Below are positions 54,147 through 64,000 of a stretch of 64,000 nucleotides of DNA, one piece after another (position 1 is the first letter of the stretch; the number at the start of each line of letters is the position of its first letter). The DNA is taken from assembly GCA_037447605.1 (NCBI GenBank), contig CM074812.1:3038001-3102000 (forward strand), given 5' to 3'. The position numbers and the translations under genes are program-made. The notes under the pieces were generated by a model. It was not told where the DNA came from and searched no databases. It saw only the letters and a program-made list of their open reading frames with translations. The DNA comes from Zygnema circumcarinatum SAG 698-1b (lineage: Eukaryota; Plantae; Zygnematophyceae).

Positions 54147-57100
54147 GTGGAGAGGGAGGAAGCGAGGGGGGAGGAGAGACGGAGAGAGGGAGAGAGAGAG
54201 GGAGAAAGTGAAGGGAGAGAAGGGGAGAGAGTGCTAGGAAGTTTGAGGGAGCGAAAGTGAGGGAGAGAGACAGAAAGAGAGAGTGGGAGATAAAAGAGGG
54301 GTAGGGAGAGAGAGAGAGAACAAGAGAGGGGGTGAAGAGGGGGGAAGAAAATGTGATAGAGGGAGAGACTGGGGGGAGGGGAAGAGAGCGTGAGGGGGGT
54401 GGCGAGGGACGGGGGAGGTAGAGGGAAAGGAAGAGGACGAGAGAAAAATTTAGAGAGAGCTAGAGAGGGGGAAAGAGAGATACTGGGAGATAGTGAGAAA
54501 AGGGAAAGAATGAGAGAGAGGGAGAGCAGCTTTAGTTCAAGAGAAAGAGGATATAGGAGGAAATGAAATAGGAGGGAGAGAGTGTGAGGGAGCAAGGAAT
54601 AAGGTTTAGAGAGAGAGGAAGTTAGAGAGAGGGAAGGGGGGAAGAGAGAGGGAGAGAGAGAGAGGAGGTGAGAAAGCGAAAGAGTCAAGGTGAGAGAGAG
54701 GGAGAGAGACAAGGTGAGAGAGGGGGAGGGAGAGAGAGGAGGTGAGGGAGAGCGGTGGAAAGAGAGAGAAAGAGGGAGAAAGAGAGTGAGGGTGGAGACG
54801 ACTGATGAAAATAAGGAGGATAGACAGCCTCTCGTACCTCTTCTCCGCCCTATGCAGCCACTACCACCTCTCCCCCTCTCTTGCTCTCTCTCCCTCCCTC
54901 TCCCTCTCTCCCTCTCTCCCTCTCTCCCTCTCCTCCTCTCTCTCTCTCCCTCTCCCTCTCTCCCTCCCTCTCTCCCTCTCTCCCTCTCTCCCTCTCTCCC
55001 TCTCTCCCTCTCTCTCCTCCCGCTCCTTTCCGTCTCTGCCTCCCTCAATCGGCCCCTTGTTCACCGCCGAGGCTCGCTCGTGCGAGCCGACGGCGGCGGT
55101 CCTCGTCAATAATACAAACCCGGGCAGAAAAAATAAATTATTTTTATACCTGCCCGGTGCCCGCTGCCCGAACGATCTTGGAGGACAAACGTTTCTCAGC
55201 GGCAAATTTTCTGTCCATGCGCAAGACGATAAAAATGTACGAATACAGATCGTACGGCAGCGGCAGCGGCCGTCTCGTCGATGCGGACGCTGTAAACCGC
55301 CAATTGTGGCCGCCCGGAGTGGGCGTATGAATAAGGACAAAGTTTTTTGTACAGGTTGTAGTGTCGGTATTTTGGGGCTTGGATTTGTACGAATGATAAT
55401 GTGTACGATCGTACGGTCGGGCAGAGTTCGTTTGAGACAATTTCAATTGGGTACATTTTTGTGTTTCAAGAGCGGAGGATGGGCCGATCGGAAGCCACCA
55501 CGTGGGCACAGTAGTCCACGTGGCGACTCGTGATTCGTAAAATTTTGAAATCAATTTTGATAGGGAGAATGGGATTGGGATTCTCCTTTTAGGGCAGAGT
55601 GATTTTGAATTGTTCAGATTATATTTCAATATTTGCCCTCATCTAAGATTTTGTTGAATGTTTGTCGTTTTGTGCATTCCAGAACGTCGAAATTATAATA
55701 AAAAATGTACGTGTACTTTATTAAATGTCGCTTTGCAAGACCCCTTTTTTTTTTTTTCGAACGCGCGGTCAATGGCACCCTCAAAAAATCATTGATTGGC
55801 TGAAATCTCGCTTAAAAAAATTACGTTTCTGGTATTTTCCCTTCCTCACGGCGTCCAGCCCATCCTTGTGCTATTGAATTGTCTTTTCTGGGCACCGACA
55901 TTTTTTTACTCAAATATGACAAAATTGAAACGTCGGTGGGACTCTCGCCGTGCCGACACGTGTCTCGGCGGTTTTGTTCGCTTCAAGGGGAGAATCTGCA
56001 TGGAAATATTTAAGATGCGCCAAATCCTTTCAGCCGACAAAAGATTTTGCGCTCCTGATGCTGTCGTTTAGCTTGAGGTGTCCGTACGACTGCTGGATGT
56101 GATCGTGAATCGCGGCCAGGACTCCATGTGGCGTCCTCTGTATGGTAATTCTATGCCCGTACTTAGTCCGTACGCTGCTCAACTGTACGATCCGATAGAT
56201 CCGTACAGTGATTCGCTTTGGATTCTGGAAGGTACTGTGCGGCAGAATCTATATAAGGACAACATGCACTTGTTCGTTTCTGCCCGAAAATCTGGGGATG
56301 TCGGTGCGATTTGTCGTCCCAATGATTGGTAAATTCAGAAACGACAAGTTGCGTGTGGCGGTTTCTGAAGTCTTTGGGAGTGGTAACATGGCAGAACTGG
56401 CATGAGTTGACGTGTACATGACGTCATACCCTGCAGCAAACTGGTATTATCTATGGGATACCGTACTGTATTATTAGCAAATCACGTACGGTCAGCGTAC
56501 AACAAGAAGTGTACAAATGTACTACCAACGGTTGGGTTACCAAAGATTGCACGCCATATTATATTCTGTAAACACGTGGCGGGAAACTGTAAATGCTACG
56601 AAGATCGACAGGCTAAGAAACTTTATCGAGACTTAACTAAAACTCGAACTTAAACTTTTCCCACTTTCGTTGACTTTATCGGGAATCAATTACTTTATGA
56701 AGGGGGTCTCAAGGTCTCCGCCAATCAGCCATCAGCTGATTTGACTTTACTATTGGTAATTTTACGAAGGAGAAGAAGCCCCTGCTCTTTTTCGTCTGGT
56801 AGGCGTGACACTTTTGTACATTATTTTGTACATTTTTTTTCCGTACAGGAAAGATACGGAACCGACTGCCGTCAACCACATGTCAGACACTAAAAATTCG
56901 CAAAACGACAAGATTGTTACGATAGTCCTTCGCCAGTTGGCTTCTGTTTCAAGCGGCCTTTTGACCGTACCTGACTTGTCATGACCATCCTGACGTCATT
57001 TTTTTGGACCACTTGAGACCCCCCTCGATGATTCGTTAAGGGAAGAGTCTTGAACTTTCCGTCCCGTAAATCCCGGAGTTCTAATACGACAAAAAAGCCG

Positions 57101-57773
57101 TATCGTCGGTAAAGCACGTCCGTCCGGAAGTTCGCTCGTACCAGGAAAATTCATGCTTGTACCATGTGAATGTGCACACGTGTCGCATCGTGATTCGCGT
57201 ATATGACGGCTACAGATTCTGCTGATATGACCGAAAATTCGAACCTCGGACCGGCCGACAGCTGCCTTAAAACGACAAAAAAGTTTCAGACTTGTACGTA
57301 CAGTAGCCATAATCTAGACATATTGGACTATAGGGAGATTCTCTGAGCAAAACGACAACAATTGCATGAATTCGTACGATTACAGTTGGTCCTTTGTTTG
57401 TAGCAGCGTTGGCCGTTTCTTTTCACGCGTGCGATAGATTTTGTCTGTTGTCGACGTGTCGCTTTCAGGCGGCTCGGCTGACCACCGACAGAGTCTTTGA
57501 CTTTCTCGACACCGCGTCTCGAGCAATCAGACCGCGTCCTGGTACGAGCTCAATCAATGGGGTCCTGCCACGTATACCTCAAAGATCGTGTGCCGCCAGC
57601 TACTTCTAGGCCTAACACTTGCGACAATTCTCCGTACAACATTCCTTTTTGGCAACATTCCAGTGTAACGGGCGTTCTACGCGGCCAGTTCGCAGTTCTG
57701 TTAGGATAATTCGCAGTTTCCAATCCAGTTCCCATGGTGTTGTTGGGCCTAGAAGAGAAGTTGCTCAGTTGTT

Positions 57774-57950
57774 GCTCTCATGACCCACCCTTTCCTATAT
57801 TATAGGATTGTTCATAAGATACCCATGTTGAACACCAACATTGTTCCTTCGCGAGGTTGTTCAGTCTTTGCTCTCATGACCCACCCTTTCCTAGCACATA
57901 GGATTGTTCATGCGGTACCCATGTTGAACATCAACATTGTTCCTTCATGT
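57774..57950. repeat. 96-bp tandem duplication
   Basis: GCTCTCATGACCCACCCTTTCCTA..ATAGGATTGTTCAT..TACCCATGTTGAACA.CAACATTGTTCCTTC at 57774 and 57870. Confidence 0.85.
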
Positions 57951-59137
57951 TGTACCTCTTCCATGCACATTTCCACATTTCAATGTTAGCTGGCGTCGCA
58001 GGCATCCCATGGGGTTCCATAAAGCGAAGTCGAACAATGCAACGTCGAATGAAAATTCACGTAATCGAATTCCTCCAATCGTGCACTGCCACGTCACTTC
58101 AGATCCCTATTGATGCCACACTGGCAACCGTGACGTGACCGCCTCCCAATTGCCTGCCGCCGCGTGGCGCCCTTGCACGTGGCAATCGCTGATAGGATAA
58201 TAAGCCAGCATGAAACACCCGATTTTCCAGTAAAACACAACATCCGACGTGGCGCCATAGAACTCCGCCGGAGACGTGCACCCATTGTTTGATATCTGCC
58301 CTCACACATGCGGACATCACAACGGTCTCCATGTGCAGTTCCGTGTGGAGCGAGGGAAGGAGAGAGAGAGGGAGAAAGAGGGAGAGAGGGCTGGAGAGAG
58401 GGAGGGAGCGAGAGAGGGAGAGCGAGAGGGCGGGAGGGAGGGAGGTAGCAAGAGAGCGGGAAAGAGAGGGCGTGAGGGAGGGGGGGAGGGACGGAGAGAG
58501 AGAGAGGTAGAGTGGGAGAGAGAAGGAGAGAGAGGGACGAAGGGAGGGCGGGAGGGAGAAGTTTTCCATGTAAATATAAGACTAAGCCTACTGTATGACA
58601 ATCATGTTTAGCTTTTAGGGTTTAAGGGTTTAAGGTATTAGCGTTTTAGGTTTTGAGTTATTAAGCTCTGGGGCAGAGAGTCCACCCCTCGTGGTTTCCT
58701 TGTGGCCCTGAGGTTAAGCAAAAAACTGGCTGTGATTCTGAACGGTCCCATGTAGAGTTTCAGTTTGTTAACTGTTAAACAGCGAAACGAAAGGTTCATG
58801 GAAGTTAAACACAAACTGTAACTGAACTGAACGCACATAGATTGTGTTAATTTACCGTAAATTCGCACTCTCGTGACAAAATGGGGTACAATTAAGAATA
58901 CAAAGGACTTACCTCCCAACCCAAAAAGAAGGAAAAGAAAAAAAGTTGGTTCCAAAAAATGGGGCCAAAGAGGACTCTATTCTACGCTGCTCCATGCTAC
59001 CAATAACTGAATCCGTTCAGTTGTTCCATGCTGTATAAGTTCCGTTCTATATCCCTCCCATGCTGCGAGTTCCCGTTCCAGTTTGTCCAGTTCTATGCTC
59101 TTCCGTTCCGTCCCGCCCGTCTCCGTTCCGTTCTCAG

Positions 59138-61423
59138 TTAAACAAAAGTAACAGCTGGCGCCAGTTCCTCCGTTTTGGCCGCCCGGAGGCGGTCGAGGGA
59201 AGGACCGGCTGCGCAGATTTTGGCGGCCGCTTGGCGGCCGGAGAGGGTAGCGCCCTCCATGCTGTCGATGTAGTCCTGAGAGAGAGGGAGGGAGGGAGAG
59301 AGAGAGAGGGGGAAGGAAAGGATGGGAGAGAGAGAGAGGGGGGAGGAAAGGATGTGAGAGAGAGAGAGAGGGAGAGGGGGGAGGGAGAGAGGGAGAGAGA
59401 GGAAGAGAGAGAAAGAGTGCGAGGGAGGGAGGNNNNNNNNNNGGGGTAGGAGAACAAGAGGGGTTCATGGAAAGGAGGAGGAAGAGCGGTGGGCAAGGAG
59501 AGGGAGAAGAACGAAAGGAGGGGAAGGGAGAACGAGTGGGGGTGAAGGAGAGGGGGAGGGAGAGAGAGAGAGACAGAGAGAGGCGTTAGAACGTGCCAGA
59601 CGAAAAATCTCTCAACATTAATTTCCCCGACGAGTATCGACATGTACATGATGTAAAGAGAGGGAGAAAGGGAGGGAGGGAACGGTTCATGAATAGAATG
59701 GTAATGGGATACAAATGAGAGTGTAAGTAGGCAACGAATAGGATTCGAATTGGGTATAAATGGGGTATATGTCGCGTACTTGGCTATGAACTTTGGCGAT
59801 AATCTCTTCGTTCGGGAGTGGCATATATGGGTCTGCAGGAGTGAGGACACATCTGCATCATGGGAGAGGAAACATGTGTCAACGGGAGGGAGGGAGGGAG
59901 GGGAGGAAAGGAGGGAGCGGAGGGAGCGGTCGGAGCGGAGGGAGGGGTGCGAGGGGAGGGAAGGAGGGAGGGGTNNNNNNNNNNGGGAGGGGAGAGAGGG
60001 GACAGAGGGAGGGAGGGAGAGGAGGGAGGGGAGGGTGGGATGGGAGGGGAGGGAGGGGAGGGAAGGAGGGAGGGGGGAGGGAGAAAGGGAGTACCAAACC
60101 ACTTGAAGGTATAAAAACAAGGTATAGGATTGGCCTTTAAGATATCAATATAGCAACAGATCATAATGTAATAGAAACTGAAAACGTGAGAGAGAGAGGC
60201 CACTCACTGCAGGAGAGATCCCTCTCCCTCGCGGTAGTAGTCGGCCGGAGAGACAAGTGCCAAGTCAGCAAAACACGAAAAATCCGCATCAGCGGAATAA
60301 AGGAGGTTATCCAATCCCACGGCCTTTCCGAACTGCCTGTTTGGGATAAGAGGAGGACATGGGAGAGAGAGAGAGAGTGGGAGAGAGGGAGAGAGAGAGG
60401 GAGAGGGAGGGGGAGAGGGAGAGGTTAGAGTGAAATCGGTATATAATGGAAGGTAGGGAAGGCCAAGAGTGAGTGAGAGAGTGGGGGAGAAGGCCAAGAG
60501 AGAGCACTGAGAAACAGAGAACGACAGAGAGAGGCAGGGAGAGAGGCAGAAGGCAGAGAGAGACGGGCAGGGAGAGTGAAAGAAGGCGAAGGGAAACCTC
60601 TGAGAGTGAGAGAGTAGGTAGGAAGAGAGAGAGAGAGATAAGAGGGAGAGGGTAAGGCGAGAGAGAGAGTGAGAGAGGGAAGGGAAGGGAGAGAGAAAGT
60701 GAATGAGAGAGGGTAGGGAGAGCGAGAGAGAGGGAGTGCAGGAGGGCCAGGAAGGTGGAGAGATTGAGAGAAGGAGAGAGAGAGAGAGAGAGAGATGCAG
60801 ACCTGGACAGTTAGAGGGAGAGGGTAGGGAGAGAGCGTGAGATCGGGAAGGGAAGGGAGAGAGAAAGAGAAAGAGCGAGAGGGTAGGGAGAGAGAGAGAG
60901 AGGGAGAGTGAAGAGAGGGTCAGGAAGGGGGAGAGAGTGAAAGAAGGAGAGAAAGATAGCGAGAGAGAGATGCTGACCTGGACAGTTCCATGTCCTGCAT
61001 TTCCGTTACCCATCCGTTGTACCGCAGCTGCACCGTTATGACCGGCACTCCCTCTAACGCGTAAATGCGATCGAACAGTTCCCACTCTCTCCACTCCGAA
61101 GGGAGGACCTTCTTTATGCCGGGGACGTCTAGGGCTGACGTCACCCCCACCACACAAAAACGCTACGTCATCACTCATTGGGATGGCATCATCACATCGA
61201 TGACATCACATCATCATGGAACAGATGGGTCGCTCGCTCATCACTTTTGGGGCATCGACGACATCACATGTTGACGATTACATCACTTCAGGGAAGGCAA
61301 CCGACGACGTCTTCTTATACTCATTACATCACTTCACAGCTATCCGTTACATCATCTTTCGTCGATAACACCCTTCTTCAATAGAAATACTTCAATGTAT
61401 GCCAACATCGACTCCCACTACAC

Positions 61424-61456
<33 letters not shown>

Positions 61457-61973
61457 ACTCTCTCTCTCACAATCTCTCTCTCTCTCTCTCTCTCTGAAAT
61501 CTCTCCCACACATCGCTCAACGTCTCTCGCACCTCTCCCACACCTCTCTACCTCTCGCACACCTCTCACCTCCGTCAGGTAGTCTCTGTTCTGCTGTTCT
61601 CACCTGCCACATATACGTCTGCTGTCACTATCTGCTCCTCCCCTGCCTGCAAAAACCTCCATTTTGATTTTCTAACCTTTAAATTCAGCAAAAAAAAGAG
61701 AAAGACAAGAGAGAGAGGGAGACAGAGGTGGGAGAGAGAGGGAGAGGAGCGAAAGGGAGAAAGGAGGGAGAGAGGAGGGAGAGAGGAGTGGCAGTGGGAG
61801 AGCGAGGGAAAGGGGGGGGGAGAACGAGAGGGGAGAGTGAGAGAGAGAGAGGGAGACAGGGAGATGGGAGAGAGGGAGAGGAGCGAGGGGGGGAGAGGGA
61901 GGGAGAGAGGAAAGGCAGAGTGGGAGGAAGAGGGAAAGGGAGGAAACGAACGAGAAGGGACAGCGAGTGTGGA

Positions 61974-62064
<91 letters not shown>

Positions 62065-62169
62065 AGCGAGATCCTCGCCTTCGATAGCCGGAGTCCGACC
62101 ACTTGAGTTTCGCCAGTTTCCGCATCTCGATCGTACATCACTTCTTTGCAGACCTGCCTCAAATGCACT
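59138..62169 (-). CDS. ZDS: Zeta-carotene desaturase, 3' exons (5' part lies beyond the window)
   Basis: Exons 62169-62079, 61646-61604, 61134-60978, 60336-60208, 59852-59780, 59275-59138 with consistent phases. Motifs [76 protein letters not shown]. About 55 aa are missing, probably in the gap at 59433. Confidence 0.92.
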
Positions 62170-62643
62170 CTGCAACATCACATGACATCGGCAACATCAT
62201 TTTCTCGCGCACATACACATCACAATCCCCTCATCTCACCATACATCCAGTTTCCTTCTCATCCTCAAAACTGAAATAACCTTAAACAACACTAAAACTC
62301 TAAACCCCAAAAGAAAAATCACACCTAAACCTAAAAATTCTTAAGAACCACCAAAAAGCTCACCCAAGAAATACCCTCACACTACTCAAAAAAAGGGCCC
62401 TCCCTCCCTCCCTCCCTCCCTCCGTCCCTGCCTTCTGCCTCCCTCCCCATTCCCATCCCTCCCTCCCTCCCTCCCTCCCTTCCCACACCACCTCACTCCA
62501 CACACTCCCATCCTCCCCTTACTCCCTCATCCCCTCTCCCACACTCCACCCTGTCGACCTCCCTCCCTCCCTCTCCTCTCTCTCCGTCCCTCCCTCCCTC
62601 CCTCCCTCCCTCCTCCCCATCTGTCCTCATTTCNNNNNNNNNN

Positions 62644-63118
62644 GAGAAAGATAGCGAGAGAGAGATGCTGACCTGGACAGTTCCATGTCCTGCATTTCCG
62701 TTACCCATCCGTTGTACCGCAGCTGCACCGTTATGACCGGCACTCCCTCTAACGCGTAAATGCGATCGAACAGTTCCCACTCTCTCCACTCCGAAGGGAG
62801 GACCTTCTTTATGCCGGGGACGTCTAGGGCTGACGTCACCCCCACCACACAAAAACGCTACGTCATCACTCATTGGGATGGCATCATCACATCGATGACA
62901 TCACATCATCATGGAACAGATGGGTCGCTCGCTCATCACTTTTGGGGCATCGACGACATCACATGTTGACGATTACATCACTTCAGGGAAGGCAACCGAC
63001 GACGTCTTCTTATACTCATTACATCACTTCACAGCTATCCGTTACATCATCTTTCGTCGATAACACCCTTCTTCAATAGAAATACTTCAATGTATGCCAA
63101 CATCGACTCCCACTACAC

Positions 63119-63151
<33 letters not shown>

Positions 63152-63668
63152 ACTCTCTCTCTCACAATCTCTCTCTCTCTCTCTCTCTCTGAAATCTCTC
63201 CCACACATCGCTCAACGTCTCTCGCACCTCTCCCACACCTCTCTACCTCTCGCACACCTCTCACCTCCGTCAGGTAGTCTCTGTTCTGCTGTTCTCACCT
63301 GCCACATATACGTCTGCTGTCACTATCTGCTCCTCCCCTGCCTGCAAAAACCTCCATTTTGATTTTCTAACCTTTAAATTCAGCAAAAAAAAGAGAAAGA
63401 CAAGAGAGAGAGGGAGACAGAGGTGGGAGAGAGAGGGAGAGGAGCGAAAGGGAGAAAGGAGGGAGAGAGGAGGGAGAGAGGAGTGGCAGTGGGAGAGCGA
63501 GGGAAAGGGGGGGGGAGAACGAGAGGGGAGAGTGAGAGAGAGAGAGGGAGACAGGGAGATGGGAGAGAGGGAGAGGAGCGAGGGGGGGAGAGGGAGGGAG
63601 AGAGGAAAGGCAGAGTGGGAGGAAGAGGGAAAGGGAGGAAACGAACGAGAAGGGACAGCGAGTGTGGA

Positions 63669-63759
<91 letters not shown>

Positions 63760-64000
63760 AGCGAGATCCTCGCCTTCGATAGCCGGAGTCCGACCACTTG
63801 AGTTTCGCCAGTTTCCGCATCTCGATCGTACATCACTTCTTTGCAGACCTGCCTCAAATGCACTCTGCAACATCACATGACATCGGCAACATCATTTTCT
63901 CGCGCACATACACATCACAATCCCCTCATCTCACCATACATCCAGTTTCCTTCTCATCCTCAAAACTGAAATAACCTTAAACAACACTAAAACTCTAAAC
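62644..64000. repeat. Exact duplicate of 60949-62305 (offset 1695) containing three ZDS exons: 63864-63774, 63341-63299, 62829-62673
   Basis: Identical by eye and all six-frame ORFs recur at +1695; the junction is a 10-N gap (62634-62643). Probable assembly redundancy. Confidence 0.9.

Noticed and set aside
53825-55048. 407-aa ORF as the N-terminus of the 52-kb gene
   Set aside because: Mostly microsatellite and spans an N gap; its candidate donor phase is incompatible with the downstream ATG-initiated exon.
55130-57750. Short ORFs (e.g. 56078-56332, 56453-56653) as a possible transposase or SWIM-finger relic
   Set aside because: Only a vague GLP..RHI resemblance, with no continuous frame or termini to support a call.

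Overview
Eukaryotic genomic DNA, most likely a green plant-lineage alga such as a streptophyte/zygnematophyte. This is inferred from plant-type ERD4/OSCA3, ZDS and At5g47940-like genes, tRNA-iMet primer-binding sites and TTTAGGG/TTAGGG repeats. The assembly is a draft with 10-N and 100-N gaps. Five spliced genes are present, with long introns made of CT- or GA-rich simple sequence: an ERD4/OSCA-type channel (+, 2539-9890), a secreted NIDO + PAN/apple-like protein (-, 45939 to the gap at 42326), an At5g47940/C10orf88-like protein (+, 47428-50272), an unrecognised Ser/Thr/Pro-rich protein (-, 53859-52030) and the 3' part of zeta-carotene desaturase (-, 64000 to 59138, with a perfect 1695-bp-offset duplication across a gap). 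The block 10.5-42.2 kb is a nested transposon island. It holds a Ty1/copia element (16589-38000, TSD GTGGC) carrying two chromovirus Ty3/gypsy elements and a 458-bp TRIM whose LTRs contain tRNA-type A/B boxes, plus a second copia relic, a third gypsy, nested TIR elements and satellites. Most long ORFs in the supplied track are artefacts of stop-poor microsatellites. The most unusual items are the Pol III-box TRIM, the NIDO-PAN gene with a microsatellite-encoded signal peptide and an intronic mixed telomere array, and an unrecognised conserved segment between Gag and protease in all three gypsy elements.
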